A stretch of DNA of 34,958 bases, taken from the sequence record SRR31156797_1267; one strand, written 5' to 3'. The notes beneath the pieces are model-generated. The model saw only the letters and a list, made by a program, of their open reading frames with translations. It was not told where the DNA came from and did no database searches. This document shows, in pieces, positions 8,789 to 17,912 of this stretch. The position numbers were made by a program, and so were the translations under genes. Numbering within the stretch: the stretch's first letter is position 1; the number at the start of each line of letters is the position of its first letter.

Positions 8789-9556
8789 ATGAATGCAGAT
8801 GCCATCGTAGAGACAAGAGATCTGACCATCCGTTTCGGGGGGCACGTGGCCGTGAACCGTGTCAATCTTAAAGTGGTGCCCTTTGTTCTCAAGTCCATTA
8901 TCGGACCCAACGGCGCGGGGAAGACCACCCTGTTCAACCTGATGACCGGGCAATACAGGCCCAGTGAGGGGCGCGTCTTCCTCAAAGGGGAAGACATCAC
9001 CCATCTAAGCGCCGTGGACAGGACGCGTATGGGAATGGGCCGATCATTTCAGTTGACCAATATCTTTCCCGATCTGACGGTTCTAGAAAACGTCCGGGTC
9101 GCCGTCCAGTCCAGGGAAGGCATCGGATTGAATTTCTGGAAAAATTACCTCCGGTTCTCCGGCATGGAGGACGAGGCCTACGAGCTCCTGAAAGATGTCC
9201 TTCTGGCTGAGAAGTGGGCCGCGCCGGCCAGTGCCCTCACCCATGGCGAACAGCGGAAGCTGGAAATCGCCATCCTCCTGGCCCTGAAACCGGAGATCCT
9301 TTTCCTGGACGAGCCCACGGCCGGCATGGGTCAGGAGGAAGTTCCGGCCATCCTGGACATCCTTCACAGGATCAAGGATGCAAGGGACCGGACCATGCTT
9401 CTGGTGGAGCACAAAATGGACATGATCATGACCCTTTCGGACAGCATCGCGGTTCTTCAGGAGGGGGAATTGATTATCGACGGCCCTCCCGATGAAATCC
9501 ATAAAAGCAAGGCGGTTCAGGACGCCTATCTGGGTGGAGGTGCAAAGCGTGGATAA
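8789..9556 (+). CDS. livG: ABC transporter ATP-binding protein, LivG-like
   Basis: GPNGAGKTT, RSFQLTNIF, LTHGEQRKLE, FLDEPTAG, VEH, VQDAYLG; GTG 8780 is an alternative start. Confidence 0.92.
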   Translation: MNADAIVETRDLTIRFGGHVAVNRVNLKVVPFVLKSIIGPNGAGKTTLFNLMTGQYRPSEGRVFLKGEDITHLSAVDRTRMGMGRSFQLTNIFPDLTVLENVRVAVQSREGIGLNFWKNYLRFSGMEDEAYELLKDVLLAEKWAAPASALTHGEQRKLEIAILLALKPEILFLDEPTAGMGQEEVPAILDILHRIKDARDRTMLLVEHKMDMIMTLSDSIAVLQEGELIIDGPPDEIHKSKAVQDAYLGGGAKRG

Positions 9557-10271
9557 TACAATTCTAAAGGCCGAAGACGTCCACACTTTCATTGAACAAC
9601 ACCATATCCTGCAGGGGGTCTCTTTTTCGGCACGGGCCGATGCCGTAACGGTCCTCATCGGCCGAAACGGCGCGGGGAAGAGCACCACCCTCAAGACCGT
9701 CATGGGTCTGCTTCCGGCTTCCAAGGGGAAAATTACCTATGGTGGGAAAGAGATTCAGAAAAACAAACCGTATGAAATCGCTCGAATGGGGATCGGTTTC
9801 GTCCCGGAGCATATGGGGATTTTCACGGATCTGACGGTGGAGGAAAACATGCGGGTGGCCATGCTGGTGGAAGATGATGCCGCAGCCCGCAGGCTCGAAC
9901 GCATCCTTGGCATGTTCGGAGCACTCAAGAAATTCTGGAAATCCAAGGCGGGTAACCTGAGCGGCGGCCAGAAACAGATGCTCGCCATTGCCAGAGCCAT
10001 TGTGAACGATACCTCCCTTCTGCTCATTGATGAGCCCTCCAAGGGGCTGGCGCCCATTATCGTGGATGTGGTCATCGATGCCATCAACCAGATCAAGGAG
10101 CACAGCGTGGTGGTGCTGGTGGAACAGAATTTCCATATGGCAAGTACGGTGGGAGACGATTTTTTCATCCTGGACGATGGAAGGGTCGTGCACAGCGGCC
10201 TGGTGGAAGAGCTGGTTCAAAACGAGGAATTGCAGAGCCGGTATCTGGGAATCTCCAAAATCGAGGATTGA
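9549..10271 (+). CDS. livF: ABC transporter ATP-binding protein, LivF-like
   Basis: GRNGAGKST, LSGGQKQMLAIARA, LIDEPSKGLAP, VEQN; GTG at 9549 with GGAGG at 9536-9540. Confidence 0.92.
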   Translation: MDNTILKAEDVHTFIEQHHILQGVSFSARADAVTVLIGRNGAGKSTTLKTVMGLLPASKGKITYGGKEIQKNKPYEIARMGIGFVPEHMGIFTDLTVEENMRVAMLVEDDAAARRLERILGMFGALKKFWKSKAGNLSGGQKQMLAIARAIVNDTSLLLIDEPSKGLAPIIVDVVIDAINQIKEHSVVVLVEQNFHMASTVGDDFFILDDGRVVHSGLVEELVQNEELQSRYLGISKIED

Positions 10272-10298
10272 AAACCATAATAACAGGAGCAACCTATA

Positions 10299-11288
10299 AT
10301 GTCTGAGACCCTATTCAAGCGTTGGAACCAGGAACTCACCCTGGCAGGCGCAGGCATTTTGTTTTTACTGCCCCTCCTTGAAATACAACCCAAAACCTAC
10401 CTGACCCTCACCATCGCGGGTCTGGCCATGGGGATGCTTCTGTTTCTGGTGGCATCCGGCGTCAGTATTATTTTCGGTCTCATGGATGTCTTGAATTTTG
10501 CCCATGGGGCCCTGTTTGCATGGGGCGCCTATGTGGGGTTCTCGGTATTTCAACTTCTCATAGGATGGGTGGAGGCGGATTCCGTTCTCAAAAATATTGC
10601 GGTCTTTTTCATGGCCATGGTGGCCGCCATGGTGGCGGTGGCCATTTTAGGCATCATTCTCGAACGGGTTATTGTGCGCCGGGTCTACGGAAATCACCTC
10701 TTTCAAATCCTCATCACTTTCGGCGCCACCATCGTCCTGGTGGAACTGATCCGCGTTTTCTGGGGACCCAACGACGAAGTCACCACCGTGCCCCTGACCT
10801 TTTCGGGCAACTGGGATATCATGGACATCATCGTCAGCCGTTACCGGATCATCTGTATTTTAATAGGAGCCTTCGTTTACGGCGTGATTCAGCTCATCCT
10901 CAAGAAGACGAAGATCGGGACCATTGTGCGGGCCGGTGTGGAAGATCGGGACATGGTCCAGGCCATGGGGCATAACATCTATCTGCTTTTCACGGGGGTT
11001 TTTGCCGTGGGCGCGGCATTGGCGGCCCTGGGAGGGGTGGCCATGTCCATATTCAGTCTGCAGGTATACCCCGATATGGGGGGGACCTATCTCCTGTTCG
11101 CATTTATCGTGGTTATCATCGGAGGCCTGGGGAGTGTGACAGGCTCCCTGGTGGGGGCGCTGATCGTGGGGCTCAGCTACAATTACGTGGCTTATCTGGT
11201 ACCCTGGGCCGCTGCCGGGGTCAATGTCCTCATTATGATTATCATCCTTCTCATCCGGCCCACCGGACTTTTTCAAGCAGGAAAGTAG
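10299..11288 (+). CDS. livH: ABC transporter permease, LivH-like
   Basis: IIFGLMDVLNFAHG, GTIVRAGVED, VVIIGGLGS, IRPTGLF; hydrophobic. Confidence 0.9.
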   Translation: MSETLFKRWNQELTLAGAGILFLLPLLEIQPKTYLTLTIAGLAMGMLLFLVASGVSIIFGLMDVLNFAHGALFAWGAYVGFSVFQLLIGWVEADSVLKNIAVFFMAMVAAMVAVAILGIILERVIVRRVYGNHLFQILITFGATIVLVELIRVFWGPNDEVTTVPLTFSGNWDIMDIIVSRYRIICILIGAFVYGVIQLILKKTKIGTIVRAGVEDRDMVQAMGHNIYLLFTGVFAVGAALAALGGVAMSIFSLQVYPDMGGTYLLFAFIVVIIGGLGSVTGSLVGALIVGLSYNYVAYLVPWAAAGVNVLIMIIILLIRPTGLFQAGK

Positions 11289-11300
11289 CGAGGTAGCGCA

Positions 11301-12395
11301 ATGGCAGAAGCAACACCGGTTCAGATTTTCCATATGGAGGAGAAGAGGAGGCAGTACCGCAGGGCCAGCTTTTACTTTAAAATCTGCGTGGTGGCCCTCT
11401 TCTTCCTGATACCCTTTCTGTTCCCGTCCTTTAAGACAGTCGATCTCGCCGTTCAGATCATCATCTTCGGGGCCCTGGTGGCCAGTTTCGACATCCTTTT
11501 AGGCTATACGGGCATTCTCTCTTTCGGGCACGGCATGTTCTTCGGCATGGGCGCCTACTCCATGGCCTTTCTACTGGGCAAGTACGGGATGCCCTCCTAT
11601 TCCAATCTGATCTTCGGATTTATGATCGCAGCCGCCGCTTCAGCCGTCCTGGCCCTGCTCATCAGCTTCCTCACCCTCCGGGTCAAGGCCATCTTTTTCG
11701 CCATGATCACCCTGGCCATTGCGGAGTTGGCCATAGTGCTGGCCACAAAACTGAGCGGTCTTACGGGCGGTGAGGATGGGATCAGTTTCATGACGCCGGG
11801 GATTTTTTCGGTGGCGTTCTCCATGGGGACCTTCATGGGGATCGAGATCACCGGCAAGATCATCACATATTATTTCATCCTCCTCTCCTGTCTGGGCCTC
11901 TTTCTGGCCATGCTGCGGTTCACCCATTCCCCTCTGGGCCGCGTCCTTCAGGCCATCCGGGACAACACTCAAAGGGCGGAAGCGTTGGGCAACAGGACAT
12001 TCGTTTATCAGAGTATCTCCATCACTTTCGGTTGCGTCATGGCCGCCCTGATCGGCGGGCTGTACGCCATGTGGATGGAGTACGTCAATCCGGAATCGAG
12101 CCTGGGCGTCATGACCATTATGCTGGACGTCCTGCTCATGGTCATTATCGGTGGAATGGGAACCCTGTACGGTGGGATCATCGGCGCGGCGTTTCTGAAA
12201 ATCACGCAGACATTCCTTCCCGACCTACAGACCCTGGCAAAGGATCTGTTTCCCGAAACAGTGTTGCTGCACAATATCCTGGAACGGTGGCTCCTGCTAT
12301 TCGGAATCCTCTTTATTTTGGTGGTCATCTTCTTCCCCAAGGGCGTTATCGGGTCGGTCAAGGACCGGGAGTCGCGAAAGAAAAATGTTCCATAG
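11301..12395 (+). CDS. livM: ABC transporter permease, LivM-like
   Basis: LGYTGILSFGHGMFFGMGAY, FFAMITLAIAE, TGGEDG, SPLGRVLQAIRDN, FFPKGVIG. Confidence 0.9.
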   Translation: MAEATPVQIFHMEEKRRQYRRASFYFKICVVALFFLIPFLFPSFKTVDLAVQIIIFGALVASFDILLGYTGILSFGHGMFFGMGAYSMAFLLGKYGMPSYSNLIFGFMIAAAASAVLALLISFLTLRVKAIFFAMITLAIAELAIVLATKLSGLTGGEDGISFMTPGIFSVAFSMGTFMGIEITGKIITYYFILLSCLGLFLAMLRFTHSPLGRVLQAIRDNTQRAEALGNRTFVYQSISITFGCVMAALIGGLYAMWMEYVNPESSLGVMTIMLDVLLMVIIGGMGTLYGGIIGAAFLKITQTFLPDLQTLAKDLFPETVLLHNILERWLLLFGILFILVVIFFPKGVIGSVKDRESRKKNVP

Positions 12396-12419
12396 CGCTA
12401 ATAAAAAGGAAAATAAACC

Positions 12420-13943
12420 ATGATCTACGGAGACTGTGTCGGTCGGTGGGGACGTGCCTTTCCGGACAAAGAGGCTTTGGTGGACGTCATAAAAGACAGG
12501 CGTTACACCTATGGGGAGCTTTCCCGGGAAGCCAATCGCATGGCCCATTTTCTGAAAGGGGAACCGGGTATCGTAAAAGGCGACCGGGTGGCCTGTTTGT
12601 CCTTCAACCGATCGGAATACATAATACTTTTCCTCGCCCTCAGCCGGCTGGGTGCTGTTCTGGTCCCCTTGAATTTCCGTCTGGCCAAGGGTGAATTCGT
12701 CTATTTTCTGAAGGACGCCACCCCCAGGGCCATTTTTTTTGACCGGCACCATCAAGAGGTGGTGGCCGGCCTTAAAGATGAGGTCCATGTACCACACTAT
12801 GTCTGCCTGGACCCTGACCAGAGCGTTGGACTGTCCCTGCCGGACGTCTGGAATTCTCTTCCCGACCACACAATGGAAGAAGTGGAGATCAAGTCCGATG
12901 ATCCACAACTGATTATCTACACCTCGGGCACCACCGGACTCCCCAAAGGGGTCCTTTTAACCCACGGCATGCTCGCCTGGAACGCCTTCAACACCATTTT
13001 GGGATGGGGTCTCGGGCCGGACGACAAGACCGTTCTGCATGCGGCCATGTTCTATACGGCCGGTTGGAATGTCTTTACCCTGCCCATTTTCCACAGCAGA
13101 GGGAGTAATATCCTGGTTCAATCCTTTGATGCGGACCTGATCCTGGATCTGATCCGGAATGAAGGGGTGACGGTCTTTTTCGGCGTTCCCACCATGTTCC
13201 AGATGCTGATGGATTCCCCCAAATTCGCTTCCACCGATTTTTCCAGGGTCCGGTTTATGGTTTCAGGGGGCGCTCCTCTGGGGCAACCCCTTTTTGAGGC
13301 GTTCAAGACCCAAAAATCCGTTCATATCCGAGAGGGCTACGGTTTGACCGAAGTGGGTCCTAACTGCTTTTTGGCCAACGGAAAGCTGGGGACCATCGGA
13401 CACACAATGCCCCATGTGGATGCAAAGCTGGTGGACCCCCATGGATGCGAGGTCCCGGAGGGGGAGGAAGGGGAAATCCTCCTCAGGGGACCCAATGTGT
13501 GTGCCGGGTACCTCAACAAACCGGAGACAACCGCGCAATCTATTGTTGACGGTTGGTTCCATACGGGGGATCTGGGCAAATTGGATGCGGACGGCCATAT
13601 GGCCATTGTGGGGCGCCTCAAAGATATGATCATTTCAGGCGGCGTCAATATATATCCGGCTGAAATCGAACGGGCCGTGGAAACCCACCCGGCCGTTGCA
13701 GCTTCAGCGGTCATCGGCGTTCCGGATCCCAAATGGGGAGAGGTGGGCAAGGCGGTGGTGGAACTCAAGGAGGGCGCCTCCCTGACCCTTGAGCAGCTCC
13801 TTGATTATCTGGGGGATCGATTGGGCAAATTCAAGCTGCCCAAGTATCTTACGGTGGTGGATGAGTTGCCCAGGACGCCCGCTTCGGGTAAAATCCAGAA
13901 GTTCCTTCTCAAGGAAAAGTACGGCAAGGCTGATAATGATTGA
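12420..13943 (+). CDS. Acyl-CoA synthetase (AMP-forming), paralogue of 5781-7301
   Basis: YTSGTTGLPKG, EGYGLTE, WFHTGDLG, GRLKDMIISGGVNIYPAEIE, LPRTPASGK. Confidence 0.92.
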   Translation: MIYGDCVGRWGRAFPDKEALVDVIKDRRYTYGELSREANRMAHFLKGEPGIVKGDRVACLSFNRSEYIILFLALSRLGAVLVPLNFRLAKGEFVYFLKDATPRAIFFDRHHQEVVAGLKDEVHVPHYVCLDPDQSVGLSLPDVWNSLPDHTMEEVEIKSDDPQLIIYTSGTTGLPKGVLLTHGMLAWNAFNTILGWGLGPDDKTVLHAAMFYTAGWNVFTLPIFHSRGSNILVQSFDADLILDLIRNEGVTVFFGVPTMFQMLMDSPKFASTDFSRVRFMVSGGAPLGQPLFEAFKTQKSVHIREGYGLTEVGPNCFLANGKLGTIGHTMPHVDAKLVDPHGCEVPEGEEGEILLRGPNVCAGYLNKPETTAQSIVDGWFHTGDLGKLDADGHMAIVGRLKDMIISGGVNIYPAEIERAVETHPAVAASAVIGVPDPKWGEVGKAVVELKEGASLTLEQLLDYLGDRLGKFKLPKYLTVVDELPRTPASGKIQKFLLKEKYGKADND

Positions 13944-14640
13944 TATGATGGAGAAAATTTTCAAGGCCGGAGAGCTTTATGCGGGATTCATGAATGCGGT
14001 TTTGGAGGCAACGGGCGCCACGTGGGACGGCGGCTGCGGCCATGAAGATCTGAACCGGTTCTATGATAAAATGACCGGGCGCTACCTCGACTTTTATCGG
14101 GAAACTTTTGGTAAATTGCTCCACACCCCCACTTTCGGTATTCCAAGAGAGTCTCTTCAACAGATGATGGCTGCAGTGGATGCCTACTACCGATTCTCGG
14201 CGGCCGCAGGCGATTTTCTGGCCAAATTCAATATCCCCCTGAAGGACTCCCTGGAAATTCTCATAAAGCGTATACAAGAGAGGGAAGAGACGGACGACGG
14301 TTTCAAGAGCGCCAGGGAGATTTACGATTTTGCCGTCAAGATTCTGGATGAGAAATACGACCGATACATCAAATCGCCCCAAGGCGTGCAATCCGTGGTG
14401 AATGTGGTTGAAAAATATCTGGATTTCAAAAAGAGATCCGATGCCGTAAAGGATATATGGTTCAAAACCCTTTCCATTCCCACATCGAAGGAGATGGAGG
14501 ATGTATATCGGGGGATCTATGACCTCAGGAAAAAGACGCGGAAGCAGGAGGCCATTATCCGCGATCACGAGGCGCTCATTGAAAGCCTGAACCAAAAGGT
14601 TCTGGCCCTTGAAGCCTCATTGCCCGAGGCCCATAAATGA
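13936..14640 (+). CDS. phaE: Class III PHA synthase subunit PhaE
   Basis: PTFGIPRE and C-terminal LSIPTSKEMEDVYRGIYDLRKK followed by a coiled coil; directly upstream of phaC. ATG 13936 overlaps the ligase 3' end; 13945 and 13948 are alternatives. Confidence 0.8.
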   Translation: MIDMMEKIFKAGELYAGFMNAVLEATGATWDGGCGHEDLNRFYDKMTGRYLDFYRETFGKLLHTPTFGIPRESLQQMMAAVDAYYRFSAAAGDFLAKFNIPLKDSLEILIKRIQEREETDDGFKSAREIYDFAVKILDEKYDRYIKSPQGVQSVVNVVEKYLDFKKRSDAVKDIWFKTLSIPTSKEMEDVYRGIYDLRKKTRKQEAIIRDHEALIESLNQKVLALEASLPEAHK

Positions 14641-14650
14641 GGATGAGGGG

Positions 14651-15724
14651 ATGCGTTATCGAAAAATAATTGAAAGCATTGAAAAAGACCTGAAGGAATT
14701 CCCCCGGAAAGTCCTGTCTGCAACCGAATTGCTCACAGGTGAACCGGACTGCCGGGTGGCGACCACGCCCGCTGAGGTCGTCTATGGTGAAGATAAGATG
14801 CGGCTGCTGCATTACGGAAGCCCCGAGGGAGATTTTGAAGACAAGAAAAAAACAGACGGCACGCCCGTACTCATCGTTTATGCCCTCATCAACCGATATA
14901 TTATGCTGGATCTGGAACCGGGGAGAAGTTTCATCCAGAACCTTCTAAATGAAGGGCTGGATGTTTACCTGATCGATTGGGGCTATCCAACCGGCGCCGA
15001 CAGGTACCTGGACCTGGATGATTATGTGAACGGCTATTTGGATAATGCTGTTGAGTGGATCAATTCCAGGACCGGTTCAGGACAGGTCAATCTCATGGGC
15101 ATCTGCATGGGAGGGACCTTTGCGGTGATGTATGCCGCACTCTACCCCGAAAAGGTCAAGAATCTGATCACCCTCGCCACACCGACCCGGTTTGATATTG
15201 ACGATGCGGGCCTCTTTTTGTGGGCCCGAGGGTTCGATTTGGATAAACTGCCGGAAGGTTTGGGCAATCTACCCGGAGATCTGGCCAATATCCTCTATCT
15301 GCTGGTGGTGCCTGTTGCCACGGTGGATAAATATATTCAATTCCTTGATATCGTGGACGATCCCAGGGCGGTCAGTACCTTTCTCCGCATGGAAAAATGG
15401 ATCTTTGACAGCCCTGATATGTCGGAAGCGGCATTTAAAGAGTGGATCAGAGACCTTTTGCAGCGGAATCTGCTTATCCAGAACCGTCTGGTGCTGGGGG
15501 ATCGAAGGGTAAATCTGGAAAACATCACATGTCCGGTCTTGAACGTATTCGGAGAAAAAGATTACCTTGCACCGCCCAATTCCGCCAAACCCCTTTCCAG
15601 TGCGGTGGGCTCCAGAGACGTCATAACCCTGGGTGTGGATACGGGACATGTGGGGATCTTTGTGGGGAGTACATCCTATAAAACCATCATTCCCAAGATT
15701 GTGGAATGGATCAAAGCCAGGTAG
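14651..15724 (+). CDS. phaC: Class III poly(3-hydroxyalkanoate) synthase subunit PhaC
   Basis: PVLIVYALINRYIMLDL, DVYLIDWG, lipase box GICMGG, FLRMEKWIFDSPD, catalytic D (GEKDYL) and H (TGHVG); 357 aa; RBS GAGGGG. Confidence 0.93.
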   Translation: MRYRKIIESIEKDLKEFPRKVLSATELLTGEPDCRVATTPAEVVYGEDKMRLLHYGSPEGDFEDKKKTDGTPVLIVYALINRYIMLDLEPGRSFIQNLLNEGLDVYLIDWGYPTGADRYLDLDDYVNGYLDNAVEWINSRTGSGQVNLMGICMGGTFAVMYAALYPEKVKNLITLATPTRFDIDDAGLFLWARGFDLDKLPEGLGNLPGDLANILYLLVVPVATVDKYIQFLDIVDDPRAVSTFLRMEKWIFDSPDMSEAAFKEWIRDLLQRNLLIQNRLVLGDRRVNLENITCPVLNVFGEKDYLAPPNSAKPLSSAVGSRDVITLGVDTGHVGIFVGSTSYKTIIPKIVEWIKAR

Positions 15725-15745
15725 TATGGCCGGCCGAGGTGAAAT

Positions 15746-16528
15746 ATGTTTCTTGAAAATCCGGGTATTTACTATGAAGTCCACGGTGAGGGAGAACCCC
15801 TTGTTCTCTTGAACGGCATCATGATGAACACCATGAGCTGGGCCGAACATATCTCTTTACTGAAAGACCATTTCCAGGTCATCGTCTACGACATGCGCGA
15901 CCAGGGGCAGTCGGCCCGTCTGGAAGAAGGGTATGACATCAGCATCCATGCCCGGGACCTGAAGAGACTCCTGGACCATCTGAACATACAAAGCACCCAT
16001 ATCCTGGGCGTTTCCTACGGCGGTCAGGCCGGCTTGATCTTCACCCTGAAACACCCTGAAATGGTGGATCGATTGGTTCTTGCCAACACATCGGCCCATG
16101 TGGATCGATACCTGCTTTCCATGGGACAGATGTGGAAGAGGGCGGCCGGCCTTTACGACGGGGGGGCATTCTTCGATCTGGCGCTGATCCCCATCTACTC
16201 CAGGGACTTTTACAACCGCCGTCATGACTGGATGGCAAACCGGCGACAGGTCTTCAAGGAATTACTCACCAGGGAATGGTTTGACGGGTTCATTCGGCTG
16301 GCATCCTCCAATTCCACCTACGATATCAGGACGGATATTGCCCAGATCAAGAACCCGGTCCTGTTGATAGCTGCTGATGAAGATATCATAACGCCTTACC
16401 GGCAAATGCGTGAAATGAGCATGGCGATGGCCGATTCTCAGATAGTATGTTTGCCGGGCACCGCTCATGGGGCCATTTTGGAGAAGATCGGCACCATCTG
16501 CACCCTGGTAAAGGGCTTCTTGAAATAG
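15746..16528 (+). CDS. Alpha/beta hydrolase (PcaD-like esterase; candidate PHA or oligomer hydrolase)
   Basis: LNGIMM, YDMRDQGQS, nucleophile GVSYGG, DEDIITP, GTAH. Confidence 0.85.
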   Translation: MFLENPGIYYEVHGEGEPLVLLNGIMMNTMSWAEHISLLKDHFQVIVYDMRDQGQSARLEEGYDISIHARDLKRLLDHLNIQSTHILGVSYGGQAGLIFTLKHPEMVDRLVLANTSAHVDRYLLSMGQMWKRAAGLYDGGAFFDLALIPIYSRDFYNRRHDWMANRRQVFKELLTREWFDGFIRLASSNSTYDIRTDIAQIKNPVLLIAADEDIITPYRQMREMSMAMADSQIVCLPGTAHGAILEKIGTICTLVKGFLK

Positions 16529-16553
16529 TCGCAAGGGGAAAGGGGGCATCTTT

Positions 16554-17408
16554 ATGACAGAACCGATCATGAAAAGGGTTCGGGGCGACAGGATCGAAAT
16601 TCAGCTGGCCCTCTGGGAAGGGAAAAAAGAGAATATTTTTTGCATCCATGGCCTTACGGCCAACAGCCGGTGCTGGGACAGGATCGTTTCAGGGTTGACT
16701 CCCGGGTTCCGGGTTCAGGCCATGGACCTTCGAGGGAGAGGTCTTTCGGACAAGCCTCCCGAAGGATATTCCGTTGTGCAACATGTTCGGGACGTGGATC
16801 GCCTGCTGAAAGACCAGGGACTGGAGCAGGTGACCCTCATGGGCCATTCTCTGGGTGCTTATGTCTCCCTGGCTTTTGCCGGCCGTTATCCGGAACGGGT
16901 CAAAAAAATGATCCTCGTGGATGCAGCGGGCCACCTTTCCCATCTTCAATGGGACAAGATCGAGCTGGCCATCAAACCCTCCGTCGACCGGCTGGGACAG
17001 GTTTTCCCTTCCTTTGAAGAGTATACGGCACCCCTGAAGCTGGCGCCGTTTCTTCAGCCCTGGACACAGGTTCTCGATACCTATTTCCGTTATGAAACCG
17101 AGGAGGTGAACGGCGGGGTATGTTCCCGAACGCCGGTGGAAGCCATTCGCGAAGAAATCTCCAATATTCGCCATTTCGACGCACCCGGGCTGTACTCGAG
17201 TATTTCCTGCCCGGTGTTGATCCTGAGGGCGCCCAACGGGATTCTGTCCACAGACGACCAGGTATTGACTGAAGATGCCGCGGACAGGATGGTGCGGGAA
17301 ATAGCCGATGCAAAATGTGTTGCTGTTCCGGATACCAATCATTACTCGATCCTGTTTCAAGCAAGTGAGATCAGAGACAGCGCGATCCTGGAATTTTTAG
17401 AGAAATAA
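16554..17408 (+). CDS. Alpha/beta hydrolase (lipase/esterase)
   Basis: IHGLTAN, DLRGRGLS, GHSLG, DTNHYSI. Confidence 0.87.
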   Translation: MTEPIMKRVRGDRIEIQLALWEGKKENIFCIHGLTANSRCWDRIVSGLTPGFRVQAMDLRGRGLSDKPPEGYSVVQHVRDVDRLLKDQGLEQVTLMGHSLGAYVSLAFAGRYPERVKKMILVDAAGHLSHLQWDKIELAIKPSVDRLGQVFPSFEEYTAPLKLAPFLQPWTQVLDTYFRYETEEVNGGVCSRTPVEAIREEISNIRHFDAPGLYSSISCPVLILRAPNGILSTDDQVLTEDAADRMVREIADAKCVAVPDTNHYSILFQASEIRDSAILEFLEK

Positions 17409-17421
17409 TAAGGAGTGGAGC

Positions 17422-17856
17422 ATGCTCGGAAAGACCATTACTGAACTAGGGGTGGGCGATACGGCCCAATTCGCCAAAACCGTTTCGGAATCGGATATCT
17501 ACCTTTATGCGGGGATCACCGGTGATTTTAATCCTGCACATGTGAATGAAATGTATGCCGAAAATACTTTTTTCAAAACCAGAATCGCCCATGGCACACT
17601 TTTAGCCGGTTTTATTTCTGCGGTCATTGCCAACAAGCTGCCGGGGCCGGGAACCATTTATGTGAGACAGGAATTGAATTTCAGGGCCCCGGTCCACATG
17701 GGCGATACCGTTACCGCCCGGGTCGAGGTAACGGAGATCATGACCGAAAAGAACCGGTTAAAGCTGAAAACCTCCTGTGTCAACCAGGATGGAACCACGG
17801 TTCTGGACGGGGAAGCCCTGGTCAGTCCCCCGAAGGCGCCCAGGCAGGATGACTGA
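17422..17856 (+). CDS. phaJ: MaoC family (R)-specific enoyl-CoA hydratase
   Basis: Hydratase-2 motif YAGITGDFNPAHVNE...FKTRIAHG, LPGPGTIY, F.APV..GDTV; located in the pha cluster. Confidence 0.87.
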   Translation: MLGKTITELGVGDTAQFAKTVSESDIYLYAGITGDFNPAHVNEMYAENTFFKTRIAHGTLLAGFISAVIANKLPGPGTIYVRQELNFRAPVHMGDTVTARVEVTEIMTEKNRLKLKTSCVNQDGTTVLDGEALVSPPKAPRQDD

Positions 17857-17912
17857 GGTGCTTACAAATGGTCTTTGTTGTCAAATGTGATTTGCACAAA
17901 TCCCTTATTCTA

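Noticed and set aside
7477-12395. Literal branched-chain amino acid transport
   Set aside because: The liv names reflect family only; the context of CoA ligases and pha genes favours organic acids, although this is untested
17857-17912. Intrinsic terminator between the convergent phaJ and dctM genes
   Set aside because: Only a weak GATTTG-CA-CAAATC dyad without a clear U-tract
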